44,996 nt of DNA from Tardiphaga sp. (GTDB taxonomy: Bacteria > Pseudomonadota > Alphaproteobacteria > Rhizobiales > Xanthobacteraceae). The notes under the pieces were generated by a model. It was not told the DNA's origin and did no database searches. It saw nothing but the letters and a program-made list of their open reading frames with translations. The position numbers were made by a program, and so were the translations under genes. The stretch covers positions 1-44,996 of the forward strand of contig JAQGKA010000504.1 in assembly GCA_028290355.1 (NCBI GenBank). Reading direction: 5' to 3'. Below, one piece after another: positions 1-9,942 of the stretch (within the stretch, counting starts at the first letter, position 1; each line of letters starts with the position of its first letter).

Positions 1-2
1 AA

Positions 3-368
3 TCCGGCTGGTGGGCCGACAGGGTGAGCGATCATTTCGCAGGCAGCGCACGCGACGCAATCGAAAGCCTGGCGCCCCGCCTCGGCCTGCGTGACCCGCT
101 TATGGACGCGCCGGTGGCGCAATTGTCGACCGGAGAAAAACAGCGCCTCGCTCTGATGCGGGCGCTCCTGCAGCGACCGAAGCTACTGCTGCTAGACGAG
201 CCGACAGCGGCACTCGACGAGGCGTCGGTCGGCCTCGCTGAAGCGTTGCTGCAGGAATTCAGTGCGGCCGGTGGCTCGCTGATCCTCGTGACCCACGACC
301 CCCGCCAGGCACAGCGCCTCGGCACGCAGCATTTCCGAATGGTGGCGGGCCGTCTGGAGGCGGCATGA
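3..368 (+). CDS. ABC transporter ATP-binding protein, FetA/YbbL-like (5' part lies before the window)
   Basis: Signature LSTGEKQR, Walker B LLLLDEPT and H-loop VTHD. The frame is open to the window edge (SGWWADRV). The stop overlaps the next ATG (ATGA). Confidence 0.85.
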   Translation, partial: SGWWADRVSDHFAGSARDAIESLAPRLGLRDPLMDAPVAQLSTGEKQRLALMRALLQRPKLLLLDEPTAALDEASVGLAEALLQEFSAAGGSLILVTHDPRQAQRLGTQHFRMVAGRLEAA

Positions 369-1159
369 GCCCGATCTCGCTGACACCCTTCGACATCGCC
401 ATCGCCGCGTCATTGATCGTAGTCGACGCGGCGCTCTCGATCTGGCTGCATATCCGCCTGCACTGGCAAATGGCCATCGCCGCTGCGCGCATGGTCATGC
501 AGCTGGTTGCCATCGGCTTTGTCCTCAAGCTCATCTTCTCGCTCAACAGCCCCGCGGCAACGCTGCTTCTTGTGGTCGTGATGGTGCTGGTCGCAGCCCG
601 GGAAGTTGCCGCGCGGCCGGAACGCCGCTTCGAGGGCGGAAAAAACCTTATCATCGGCGCGTCGAGCGTCGGCTTCGCGACGTTGCTGACGGTGGTGCTC
701 GCCCTGACAACGGCGATCCGCCCGCAGCCCTGGTACGATCCCCACTATGCGATTCCGCTGGCCGGCATCATCCTCGGTAGCGTGCTGAACTCCGCAAGCC
801 TCGCGCTGGACAGCTTTCTCGGATCGGTGCGGCGCGAGCGGCCGGGAATCGATGCGCGGCTGGCATTGGGGGAACGCTATCAAACAGCGATCGCGCCCAT
901 TGTACGCGAAGCGGTGCGGCGCGGCCTGCTCCCGATCATCAACCAGATGTCTGCAGCCGGCATCGTCACCCTACCCGGCATCATGACCGGACAAATCCTC
1001 GCCGGGCTCGATCCCATGGAAGCGGTGAAGTACCAGATCCTGCTGATGTTCCTGCTGTCGGGCGGAAGTGGTCTCGCGGCGCTGACTGCTTCATATCTAG
1101 CGGCCTGGTTTCTCACCGACGACCGCCAGCGGCTGCGCCTGGATCGACTGAGCGACTGA
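365..1159 (+). CDS. fetB: ABC transporter permease, FetB/YbbM (UPF0014) family
   Basis: Multi-TM protein with family motifs R..QL...G..L, PWY.P.Y.IPLAG.ILG and GIVTLPGIMTGQILAG.DP..AVKYQI. Confidence 0.85.
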   Translation: MSPISLTPFDIAIAASLIVVDAALSIWLHIRLHWQMAIAAARMVMQLVAIGFVLKLIFSLNSPAATLLLVVVMVLVAAREVAARPERRFEGGKNLIIGASSVGFATLLTVVLALTTAIRPQPWYDPHYAIPLAGIILGSVLNSASLALDSFLGSVRRERPGIDARLALGERYQTAIAPIVREAVRRGLLPIINQMSAAGIVTLPGIMTGQILAGLDPMEAVKYQILLMFLLSGGSGLAALTASYLAAWFLTDDRQRLRLDRLSD

Positions 1160-1462
1160 GCGACTGACCGCGTGATCCAGTTGCGCCCGCATTTGGCAAA
1201 TCGTCTGACTGGCATTCAAGCCTCAGCGCTACGCGGCGGCAATACTCCAATATGGACGGGTCTTTCGCCGATCAGAGACTATGAAGTAAGAATGGCTGCT
1301 ACGTACCAGGCGCAGCCGCTCGACGGGCGCTCCCTTAATTTTCACGGGCAAGATTCTTTTTTCGTAGTGACGCGGTTGGCCTTAATCCGCGTGAGGCTGA
1401 AGGGCGAGGCGATCGAGGCCCTGCATCTTGTAGCTCTCCGGTACGGCGGCGCCTGACGTGAA

Positions 1463-1666
1463 TCACAGAGCGGGCCCCAGCTTTTCGGGCACCGCTTCGA
1501 GATGACATGCCACCCACTGACCGTCTCCGGTGGATCGAAGCTCCGGTTCCTCGATCCGGCAGCGATCGAACACGTATGGACAGCGGGTATGGAAGCGGCA
1601 TCCGCTTGGTGGATTGATCGGGCTCGGCACGTCGCCCTTGAGGATGATCGGGTTGCGGATGGCTCC
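1463..1666 (-). pseudogene. C-terminal fragment of an oligopeptide/dipeptide ABC ATPase (OppF/DppF tail)
   Basis: My translation is [67 protein letters not shown]. This is the classic [17 protein letters not shown]...C...P......VACH tail, with no start codon and no ATPase core. Confidence 0.85.
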
Positions 1667-1746
1667 TAGGAAACGTCCGTCACGGCGTCAAGCTTCTGGG
1701 AAGGATCGATGACGCGGCCGCCGCGCAGGATCAAGTCGAAGGGCAT
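1666..1746 (-). pseudogene. N-terminal 26 codons of a dihydroorotase-like metallo-amidohydrolase
   Basis: RBS CAGGAG, then ATG: [26 protein letters not shown]. The DLILRGGRVIDP start is typical of amidohydrolases. Truncated at a CCTAGG junction. Confidence 0.75.
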
Positions 1747-1907
1747 CGTAGTCTCCTGAAATCACAGTGAAGGAAGTCGTTGACCGCTTTGCGTCAGAAG
1801 GAAAGGTTCCGGATTCAAGCCTGAGACATTCTGCCGATCCTTGAACAACTTCCCGGCGATGACGTTAGACGACAAGCTGGTTCACAAAGCACTCGCACAG
1901 CAGGCAA

Positions 1908-3326
1908 CTAGGCGAAGGCGGATTTTTGATCTGTCACTTCGGTCATCGCAGGCCGTTTGGCGCGCCAGGTCGTTGCCATCTCATAGGCGTGAGCGACGCG
2001 AAGCAACGTGCCCTCCTGGAACGGCTTCGCTGCGATCTGAATTGCTACCGGAAGGCCACCTGCTCCAAAGCCGCTGCAAACCGACATCGCCGGATAGCCG
2101 GTGACGTTAAACGGCATGGTGAAATTTGCTTTGTCCAGCATCACCCATTTCGGCACATCGGCAATCAGCGGCGCTTCGCCCTGTTGAGCGGCCGTGACGA
2201 CGACATCGACGTTGGCCATCGCTGCGGCCATTTCCAGGCACAGTTCACGCCGCCGCCGGATCGCCTGCACGTAGTCTGGAGCGCTTGTAAACGCGGCCAT
2301 TGCAACACGGTCGCGAAACAATTCTCCGTATTCGTAGTAGCGGCTGGTCAGCCACGGCTCGTGCACGGCGTAGGCCTCGGCGAGCAGGATGAAAAATCCG
2401 CAGGCGTGATAGTCCATCAACGGCGAAAGTTCGATATCGACGATCTCGGCTCCCCCGCTGCGCCAGACATCAATTGCCGTATCGATTCCGGCGAGGGTTG
2501 CAGGGCTGGCGCGGTTGTCTGTCTCATGGAAGTGGCGGATGACGCCGATGCGGAGCCCCTTGACGCCCTCGCCGAGCGCGGCCGCATAGTTCGGCACCGG
2601 ATGGGCTGCACTCGCCGGATCGGATGCGTCGTGGCCAGCCATGGCTTGCAGAAGCAACGCGCAATCTTGCACCGTCCACGCCATCGGCCCGGCGTGATCC
2701 AGCGTCGCAGCCAATGGCAGGATGCCGACCCTGCTGATCAGGCCGTAGGTCGGCTTGATCCCGGCAATGCCGCACAAGGCCGCCGGCCCACGTATTGACC
2801 CGCCGGTGTCCGATCCCGTGCCGCCGAGGATCAATCCGGCTGCCACTGCCGCGCCCGTGCCGCTGCTGCTGCCCGCGGTGAAATGCTCGGTATTCCAGGG
2901 ATTGCGCGCAGGCGGCCACGGCAGATCGAAGGACGGACCGCCCAGTGCGAATTCATGCGTCGCCAGCTTGCCCATCATCACCGTGCCCGCTTCGGTCAGC
3001 ATCGCGACGCTGCGGGCGTCTTCGGTGGGCACGTTGTCGATGAGCAGCCGGGAATGCGCCGTCGTGCGAATGCCGGCGGTGTTGTAGATGTCCTTGTGAC
3101 CGATCGGGATGCCGTCCAGCACACCTTTGGAATCGCCGCGCATCTTGCGCGCTTCCGCCGCCCGGGCGTCGGTCAGCGCGCGCTCTTCGGTCACGAGCAG
3201 GAAGCTGTTAAGCGCCGGATCGAGCGCCTTGATGCGATCCAGGCAGCTTTGCGTGAGTTCGACGGGAGATAGTTTCTTCGCCGCCATCAGTTTGGCGGCT
3301 TCAGCGATGGTGAAAGGACCGCTCAT
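1908..3326 (-). CDS. Amidase-signature family amidase (GatA/AtzE/HpxY-like)
   Basis: LDGIPIGHKD (catalytic Lys), GSSSGTG and GSDTGGSIRGPA (Ser-cisSer-Lys triad motifs). Confidence 0.92.
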   Translation of the reverse strand: MSGPFTIAEAAKLMAAKKLSPVELTQSCLDRIKALDPALNSFLLVTEERALTDARAAEARKMRGDSKGVLDGIPIGHKDIYNTAGIRTTAHSRLLIDNVPTEDARSVAMLTEAGTVMMGKLATHEFALGGPSFDLPWPPARNPWNTEHFTAGSSSGTGAAVAAGLILGGTGSDTGGSIRGPAALCGIAGIKPTYGLISRVGILPLAATLDHAGPMAWTVQDCALLLQAMAGHDASDPASAAHPVPNYAAALGEGVKGLRIGVIRHFHETDNRASPATLAGIDTAIDVWRSGGAEIVDIELSPLMDYHACGFFILLAEAYAVHEPWLTSRYYEYGELFRDRVAMAAFTSAPDYVQAIRRRRELCLEMAAAMANVDVVVTAAQQGEAPLIADVPKWVMLDKANFTMPFNVTGYPAMSVCSGFGAGGLPVAIQIAAKPFQEGTLLRVAHAYEMATTWRAKRPAMTEVTDQKSAFA

Positions 3327-3502
3327 TCGGGCACGAAGATCAGGGCGGACTCGGCCTCGCGAGGTTTCGGCCGTTTGACCCGCTCCACCATTGCATCGAG
3401 CTTGCCGAGCACACCGAACAGCTCTTCGCGGGTCGCGGCGTCCAGCGGAAGTCTGCTCCGCCCCACGGTCGCGTCAAACTCAGCCTTCGTCATCGTCGTC
3501 AT
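3323..3502 (-). CDS. Small amidase partner protein, AtzG/HpxX/GatC-like (59 aa, absent from the ORF track)
   Basis: RBS GGAGA, then MTTMTKAEFDATVGRSRLPLDAATREELFGVLGKLDAMVERVKRPKPREAESALIFVPE*. The stop overlaps the amidase ATG (ATGA), and the C-terminal E.A..F.P resembles such partner proteins. Confidence 0.7.
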   Translation of the reverse strand: MTTMTKAEFDATVGRSRLPLDAATREELFGVLGKLDAMVERVKRPKPREAESALIFVPE

Positions 3503-3652
3503 CGGATTCTCCGGATGCCCGGGCGCAGGCTAGACGGCCAGCCACCCACCATCAACAGGTAATTCGATGCCGTCACGAAAGTGCCCCCGGGCGGTTGGGA
3601 CGTACCTGGCGATTGAAGTGGATGGCAGCTCGTGCCCGACACAGAAGCCGTT

Positions 3653-4852
3653 TCAGTTCCTTGCGAGAAACTCTTCGGCGCCTCTCGCGAACACCTGCAT
3701 TCCGAGAACGAGGTCCTCTTCCTTTGTGTCTTCGGTCCAATGGTGGCTGATTCCGTTGATGGAAGGGACGAACAGCATGCCGACCGGCAGCCGTCGACCC
3801 AGCACGTTGGAATCGTGGATGGCACCGCTTGGCATCGCCTGCCAGTGATCGGGGCACAGCTCGCGCGCCGCCGATGAAAACGCATCGAGAACCGCCGGAT
3901 CGCAAAGCGTCGGCTGCAGTTCACTCATCAGCTGCATAGTAGCTGTGCAGCGCTCGCGCCGGTTACTTTCCTGGACCAGGCGCCGCAGGCAGGCCTGCAG
4001 GCGATCCATGACCTCGGGAGACAGGTCCCGGAACGAGAAGTCGATCTCGGCGCGCCCTGGAATAATCGCCGTTGCATTGGGCTCCAGGACAATGCGCCCC
4101 GTCGTCCACACACTGCGGTCACCGCAGATGCGGGGAAACGCGTCGTCGACCTGTGACAGAAACCGAACGGCTGATAGCCCCGCATCGCGTCTTTCCCGCA
4201 TGGTTGTGCCGCCGGTGTGGTCCTGCTGGCCCTCAAACGTCATTCGCCAATGCTGAATGGCCACGATCCCGGTGATCACGCCGACGCGGAGATTTCCGCT
4301 TTCCAGCTGGGTGCCCTGCTCGATGTGCATCTCGATCGCGGCCTTGTATCGGCTCAGATCCGGCGTTAACCGCGGTCTCCCGGCCAGGCCGGCCGACGCC
4401 AGCGCGTCCCTCAGACTCGTGTCATCATTTTTATTGCGCGCCAGGTCGATCTGTTGTTCGGAAAAATCACCGATCAGGCTGCGGCTTCCGATCATATTGC
4501 CGTAGTGCCCTTCCTCGTCTGCATAGGCACAGACATCGACGGGAAGGCCAGCGCGCACCAGCGCCACCGCTGCAACGACGCCTAGCGCGCCATCAAGCCA
4601 ACCGGCATGATTCTGCGTCTCCAGATGACTGCCCGCCAGCAGGCGCGGTCCGGTCGCCGGTCCCCGACCAAAGACATTGCCAATGCCGTCGATAGATGGC
4701 TCCAGGCCCACTTCAGCAAGCAACTCACACAACCAATGACGGCTCGCCATGTCGTCGGCGCCGTACGTCGGCCGGTGAACGCCCGTGTGATATCGGCCGA
4801 TATTCCGAAGCGACTGCAGATCTTGTAAGAAGCGACAAGTGTCAAGCTACAC
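3653..4852 (-). pseudogene. M20 Zn-dependent hydrolase (allantoate amidohydrolase/N-carbamoylase family) with an in-frame TAG at codon 2; open from ATG 4750
   Basis: Motifs GSHLETQ..AGWLDGALGV, DEEG, EMHIEQG, SGAIHDS and GISHHWTE. The conserved-looking N-terminus (LDTCRFLQDLQSLRNIGRYHTGVHRPT) extends in frame to GGAG-N7-GTG(4852)-TAG(4849-4847). Confidence 0.75.
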
Positions 4853-5007
4853 TTTGATCTCCGTGATAGGCGCTCCGGCGGGAGCTTCGAATTGATCGGC
4901 CGCTTCGCGCCATCAGCGGACATACAATTGATCGTAGCGCTCGGCGACGAGAGCGCATCGGTCCGAGGCCAACTATCAGCCAGCTTCAGCACTGTTTCCC
5001 GCCGCTG

Positions 5008-5958
5008 CTACGCGATCGGAGGAAAGTGGGTCCGCCAATGCTGCGCGACATCAATGCCGCGGCAGAACCAGACACCATCATGACTGCGCATGTAGTCGAG
5101 CAATTTGATCAGTCCGCCGATACGGCCGGGCCGGCCGACCAAGCGATCGTGCAATCCGATCGACAGCAATTTTGGCGCGCCGGCCTCGCCTTCCGCATGG
5201 AGCACGTCGAAGGCATCGCGCATATAGGCGAAGAATTGCTCGCCAGTCGAGAAGCCCGCATTCTCGTTGAAACGGTTGTCGTTGGCCTCATAGGAGTAAG
5301 GCACGACGAGGAAAGGACCGTGCTCGGTCTTCACCCAATAGGGCAATTCGTCGGCGAGCGAATCGCGGTCATAGAGAAAGCCGCCCTCTTCGGCGAGCAG
5401 GCGACGCGTGTTGGGGCCGGGACGGCCGGTCATCCAGCCGAGCGGACGGCTGCCGGTGAGATCGGTGAGAATCCTGGTCGCCTTGCGGATATGCGCGCGC
5501 TCGGTCGCCTCATCGACATCGCAATAGTCGATCCAGCGATAGCCGTGACTGACCATCTCGTGGCCGCGCGCGACGCAGGCTTTCGCGAGTTCGGGATTCT
5601 GCTCCATCGCACGCGCGACGCCGAGGATGCTGACCGGCACCTTGAAGCGGTCGAGCACGTCGAGGACGCGCCAGGCACCGCGGCGGCTGCCATATTCGAA
5701 CACGGACTCGACCAGCGGCACCCGGACGCCCTCTTTCGTCGGCACGCCGATATCGTTGAGCATGCCTTCAGAGGCCGCGTCGCCATTGGCCAGCGTCGAC
5801 TCGCCGCCGCCCTCAATATTCAGGCTGACGCTGACCGCAATCTTGGCGCCGTTCGGCCAGCACGGATCAGGCGACGTTGCACCATAGCCGACGAAGTCGC
5901 GCGCCTGCATCGGCTCCGGCCGGACGTCGCCCGGTTTCATCGCTTCAAAATCGGGCAT
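5008..5958 (-). CDS. PuuE-like (polysaccharide deacetylase fold) amidohydrolase/allantoinase paralog
   Basis: RDFVGYG....DP.WPNGAKIAV, ES.FEYGSRRG.WR, HGYRW, GWMTGR, DELPYW and SIGLH.RLVGRPGR. Start assigned to ATG 5958 behind GGAGG. Confidence 0.88.
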   Translation of the reverse strand: MPDFEAMKPGDVRPEPMQARDFVGYGATSPDPCWPNGAKIAVSVSLNIEGGGESTLANGDAASEGMLNDIGVPTKEGVRVPLVESVFEYGSRRGAWRVLDVLDRFKVPVSILGVARAMEQNPELAKACVARGHEMVSHGYRWIDYCDVDEATERAHIRKATRILTDLTGSRPLGWMTGRPGPNTRRLLAEEGGFLYDRDSLADELPYWVKTEHGPFLVVPYSYEANDNRFNENAGFSTGEQFFAYMRDAFDVLHAEGEAGAPKLLSIGLHDRLVGRPGRIGGLIKLLDYMRSHDGVWFCRGIDVAQHWRTHFPPIA

Positions 5959-7097
5959 GTCGCCTCCGGGAGGACTCGGTCGAGCGGGACGATGCAGGGA
6001 TCGTAACCGAAGAACCAGTCGGTCTCGGTCGGCCCGTGCATCCACGAATTGGCGATGGAAATCTCCTGCACATCTGCGACGCGCGGAATGCGGATCGCGG
6101 TATAGCGCGCGAAGGCAGTGGCGGGATCGTCGAATTCGGCAATGCAGCGGGCGAGGATCGCGGCATCCTCGATCGCCATCGAGCCGCCGGCGGCCATGAA
6201 CGGGCGCACCGCGTGGGAGGCATCGCCCATCAGCACGACGCGGCCCTTGTACCAGGTATCGCTACGCGGCCGGTCAAAGATCGGCCACACCGTGACGTCC
6301 TGGGCGGCTTCCGTCACGCGTTTCAGATCGGCATGCGCGCCATCGAATGCCGCGATGAATTCGTCGCGGTCACCCTTCACCGGCGAGCCGTCGCCATCCC
6401 AGCGCGCGGCCGGCAGCGCCGCCATCACATAGACCTCGTTACGGTCGGGCGTCATGTAGTAAGCCAGCGTATGCCGGTCCGGCGCCCACCATTTGGTGCA
6501 GTCGGCAATAGGTTTCCCCTTGATGCGGCTGGCCGGAAACACCGCGCGCGGTGCAGAACGCCCGACGAAGCGCGGCTCTTCCGCGCCAAGGATAAAGTCG
6601 CGCGTGACCGAGCGGATGCCATCGGCCCCGATGGCGATGTCGGCCTCCCCGCGCGTGCCGTTGTCGAAATGCAGTGTCAGGCCATCGACGCGCTCATCGA
6701 TACCGGCAAGCTTGTGGCCGAAGCGTATCGTGCCGGGAGCGAGCGGACGCTGCAGCAATTGATGCAGATCGGCGCGATGGATGTTGACGAAGGGACCGCC
6801 GAAGCGTGCTTCGCATTCGGCATCGAAATCGAGCCTGTAGAGCTGCTCGCCGCTGTCCCAGGCGCGGCTGAGAAACGTGTCGGGCCGAATGCCGGTGGCA
6901 GCGAAGGCTTTCTCCAGATCGAGACGGCGCAGCACCTTGGAGACATTGGCGCCGAGAATGATGCCAGCACCGATCCGCGAAAAGCTCGGCGACTGGTCAT
7001 AGACATCGACCGAAAACCCAGCACGCTGCAACAGCCCCGCCGCCGTCAGCCCTGCCAGACCCGCGCCGAGAACGGCGATCCGTGTTCCGCGATCCAT
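5937..7097 (-). CDS. Group A FAD-dependent monooxygenase (6-hydroxynicotinate 3-monooxygenase NicC/salicylate hydroxylase/HpxO family)
   Basis: GAGLAG Rossmann motif, SRIGAGI, IHRADL, GADGIRS and the GD motif LMGDASHAVRPFMAAGGSMAIED. Confidence 0.88.
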   Translation of the reverse strand: MDRGTRIAVLGAGLAGLTAAGLLQRAGFSVDVYDQSPSFSRIGAGIILGANVSKVLRRLDLEKAFAATGIRPDTFLSRAWDSGEQLYRLDFDAECEARFGGPFVNIHRADLHQLLQRPLAPGTIRFGHKLAGIDERVDGLTLHFDNGTRGEADIAIGADGIRSVTRDFILGAEEPRFVGRSAPRAVFPASRIKGKPIADCTKWWAPDRHTLAYYMTPDRNEVYVMAALPAARWDGDGSPVKGDRDEFIAAFDGAHADLKRVTEAAQDVTVWPIFDRPRSDTWYKGRVVLMGDASHAVRPFMAAGGSMAIEDAAILARCIAEFDDPATAFARYTAIRIPRVADVQEISIANSWMHGPTETDWFFGYDPCIVPLDRVLPEATCPILKR

Positions 7098-7391
7098 CTA
7101 TCACCTCGTTCAGGGGCGCTGACAGATCGCAACGCCGGATCATTCGATATCGAATGATTTCGCTTAAAACGGTCGGTCTGGCCCTGTCAAGCGAGGGGAG
7201 AGCATGCCATTCGATGAGGCCATATGATCATATTTTGCGCCATTTTGCTTGCCGTCTGACAAAAGTTTGGGCGCAACCTTGGTTGATCTCGGTCAAAATG
7301 AAAACTATTTTTGTTCGACTGCGAATGAATTGGCGCGTGAGCTTTCGCGCGTCGTGCCGGCCTCCTCTTTCCCTGTCATCAAGGTCAAACC

Positions 7392-8363
7392 ATGAAACTC
7401 CGCGCTTGCCTTACTGCCGCCCTTCTCGCGACGATGGCCGTCGCCGGCGTTTCCACCGCGCAAGCGGCGGAGATCAATTTCATTACCGATTTCGGCTTCA
7501 ACGGCCGCCACGCCTATTTCTACGTCGCCCGTGAGAAGGGCTACTACAAGGCCGAGGGTTTTGACGTGAACTTCGTGCGCGGCCAGGGCTCGGCCGACGC
7601 CATCAAGAAGGTCGCCGCCGGTGTCGCCAGTTTCGGCTTTGCAGACGCAGGTTCACTGGTGCTGGCGCGGGGCAATGACGGCGTGCCGGTGAAGCTGGTC
7701 TCGGTCGTCTATGCCAAGCCGCCGCAGGCGATTTTTGCGGTGAAGGGAAGCGGCATTACGTCGCCCAAGGATCTCGAAGGCAAGACCGTCGCCGATACGG
7801 CGTCGAGCTCGGTGCGCCTGCTGTTCCCGGCTTTCGCCAAGGCCGCCGGCATCGATGCCGACAAGGTGAAGTGGGTGGTGGCCGAAGGCTCGGCGCTGCC
7901 GTCGCTGCTCGCCAACGGCCGTGCCGACGCGATCTGCCAGTTCTCGGTCGGCGAGCCCTTGATCGCTGCCGCCGTCGCGCCGAAGGAAGTGGTGCGGATC
8001 AACTACGCCGACAGCAAGCTCGATTACTACGGCAACGGCCTGATTGCCTCGGAAGAGATGATCGCCAAGAGCCCCGACCAGGTGAAGGCCTTCGTCCGCG
8101 CGACTGTTAAAGGCATGAAGGACGCCTTTGCCAACCCGGCGGAAGCGGCGACCATCATGGCGAAGTATCAGAAGGAGCTGCAGCCGGCGGTGATCGAAGG
8201 CGAGACGAAACTGGTGAAGGAACTAGCCGAGGTAAAGGGCACCTCGCTCGGCCATATCGAGTCGAAGAGCATTGCCAACACCGTCGAAGTGATGTCGGCC
8301 AACTTCACGCTGAAGAACCCGGTGAAGCCAGAGGACCTGTTCGCACCGGGCTTTGTCGACTGA
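7392..8363 (+). CDS. ABC substrate-binding protein, NMT1/THI5 (SsuA/TauA-like) family
   Basis: Sec signal peptide (..AQA-A), H...YVA.EKGYY..EG.DV, SGI.SPKDLEGK and LDYYGNGLIA. Confidence 0.9.
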   Translation: MKLRACLTAALLATMAVAGVSTAQAAEINFITDFGFNGRHAYFYVAREKGYYKAEGFDVNFVRGQGSADAIKKVAAGVASFGFADAGSLVLARGNDGVPVKLVSVVYAKPPQAIFAVKGSGITSPKDLEGKTVADTASSSVRLLFPAFAKAAGIDADKVKWVVAEGSALPSLLANGRADAICQFSVGEPLIAAAVAPKEVVRINYADSKLDYYGNGLIASEEMIAKSPDQVKAFVRATVKGMKDAFANPAEAATIMAKYQKELQPAVIEGETKLVKELAEVKGTSLGHIESKSIANTVEVMSANFTLKNPVKPEDLFAPGFVD

Positions 8364-9184
8364 TGACGGCAGCTCCCGCGCTCAACACCACACCATCGCG
8401 GCCCGCCGCGGCGGTGGTACCGGCGATCGAGATCAAGAGCGTCACCAAGTCCTATCCTGGCCAAAGTGGCAAAGCCGTGTACGCGCTTGGCCCGGTCGAT
8501 CTGCGCATTGATCCCGGCAGCTTCGTTTCGGTGGTCGGCCCCTCCGGCTGCGGCAAGTCCACGCTGCTGCGCCTCGTCGCGGGGCTCGAGATGCCCGACG
8601 GCGGCACCATGCAGCGCTACGGCACGCCGCTGAACGGTCCGTCCCATGAAGTCGGCATCGTGTTTCAGGAACATGTGCTGTTTCCCTGGGCCACTGTGCT
8701 CGACAATGTGCTGCTCCCGGCCGAAGTGTTGGCACTGCCGAAAGCTGCCGCCCGCGAGCGCGCGCTAAAACTGCTCGACCTCACCGGCCTGAAGGACTTT
8801 GCCCATCAGCGCCCGCAGGCGCTGTCCGGCGGCATGAAGCAGCGCGCCGCGTTCTGCCGTGCCATGATCTCCGATCCCCGCCTGCTGCTGCTCGACGAGC
8901 CGTTCGGTGCGCTGGATGCGCTGACCCGCGAGGAACTGTCGCTGGAATTGTCGCGGCTGTGGCAGGAGCTCGGCCGCGCCGCGCTCCTGATCACCCACGA
9001 CATCGAGGAAGCCATCCTGCTTGGCGACCGCGTGCTGATCATGTCGGAGCGTCCCGGCACCATCCGCGCCGATCTCACCATCGACCTGCCTCGCCCGCGC
9101 AACGCCGATACGGTCAAGCTGCCACGCTTCCAGGAGATCAAGAACCAGATCCGCGACATCATCTTCAACCGGACGGAGGGCTGA
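8363..9184 (+). CDS. ABC transporter ATP-binding protein (TauB/SsuB-like)
   Basis: GPSGCGKST, LSGGMKQR, LLLLDEPFGALDALTRE and ITHDIEEA. Confidence 0.93.
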   Translation: MTAAPALNTTPSRPAAAVVPAIEIKSVTKSYPGQSGKAVYALGPVDLRIDPGSFVSVVGPSGCGKSTLLRLVAGLEMPDGGTMQRYGTPLNGPSHEVGIVFQEHVLFPWATVLDNVLLPAEVLALPKAAARERALKLLDLTGLKDFAHQRPQALSGGMKQRAAFCRAMISDPRLLLLDEPFGALDALTREELSLELSRLWQELGRAALLITHDIEEAILLGDRVLIMSERPGTIRADLTIDLPRPRNADTVKLPRFQEIKNQIRDIIFNRTEG

Positions 9185-9186
9185 TC

Positions 9187-9939
9187 ATGTCGCCCTCGCG
9201 CTTCTTCGACCGCGCCGCCACGCCGCTGATCTATATCGCCCTCCTGATTGCCTGGGAGCTGATCACCGACACCCTGAAGGTGCCGACCTGGATGCTGCCC
9301 TCGCCGTCGGAGATCTATCATTCCGCCGTGAAATGGGCGCCGGAGCTTGCGTCAAATACCGTAGTGACGCTGCGCGAGACCGTGCTCGGCTTCGTGCTGG
9401 CGATCGCGCTGTCACTGCCGCTGGCGATCCTGGTCAGCCTTAATGCGCTGGCGCGCCGGGTGATCTATCCGATCCTGCTTGGCCTGCAATCGGTGCCCAA
9501 GGTCGCCATCGCGCCGCTGATCATCCTGTGGTTCGGCCTGTCCGAATGGCCGAAGATCGTCGTCGTTGTACTGGTCTGCTTCTTCCCGATCCTGGTCAAC
9601 ATGGTGGCCGGCTTCGAGGCGGCGCCAAAGACGATGCTCGACCTGATGCGCTCGCTCGGCGCCTCGCCGCATGTCGTGTTCCGTCGGCTGCGCATTCCAG
9701 TCGCGCTGCCGCACTTCTTCACCGGATGCAAAGTGGCGGTGACCTTCGCCGTGATCGGCGCAGTGATCAGCGAATTCGTCGCCGCACAGGATGGCCTCGG
9801 CTATCTGATCCTGACCTCGACCGCCCAGTCGCAGACCCCGCTCGCCTTTGCCGCCATCGCCGTTCTCACCGTATTGAGCATTGCGCTGTTCCACGGCATC
9901 GAATTTATCGAGAAACGCGTGATCGACTGGACGCCTTGA
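9187..9939 (+). CDS. ABC transporter permease (TauC/SsuC-like)
   Basis: LPSPSEI, SVPKVAIAPL, an EAA-like loop and GLGYLI. The true start is ATG 9187, just after the ATPase stop. Confidence 0.92.
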   Translation: MSPSRFFDRAATPLIYIALLIAWELITDTLKVPTWMLPSPSEIYHSAVKWAPELASNTVVTLRETVLGFVLAIALSLPLAILVSLNALARRVIYPILLGLQSVPKVAIAPLIILWFGLSEWPKIVVVVLVCFFPILVNMVAGFEAAPKTMLDLMRSLGASPHVVFRRLRIPVALPHFFTGCKVAVTFAVIGAVISEFVAAQDGLGYLILTSTAQSQTPLAFAAIAVLTVLSIALFHGIEFIEKRVIDWTP

Positions 9940-9942
9940 GAT

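Noticed and set aside
1145-1168. CGACTGAG repeated about three times at the fetB stop
   Set aside because: Short slippage duplication with no spacers or structure; not CRISPR.
1172-1456. 94-aa ORF after fetB
   Set aside because: No recognisable motif or RBS; probably intergenic or decayed sequence.
4847-4849. TAG as programmed recoding (pyrrolysine or readthrough)
   Set aside because: No pyl genes or suppressor tRNA in the window. A nonsense mutation or sequencing error is simpler.
1926-7157. Long plus-strand ORFs 1926-2798, 5026-6006 and 5877-7157
   Set aside because: Antisense shadows of well-supported minus-strand genes, expected in GC-rich DNA; no motifs.
8959-9186. N-terminal extension of the permease ORF
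   Set aside because: Overlaps the ATPase gene. ATG 9187 has a GGAGG RBS and gives a normal length.
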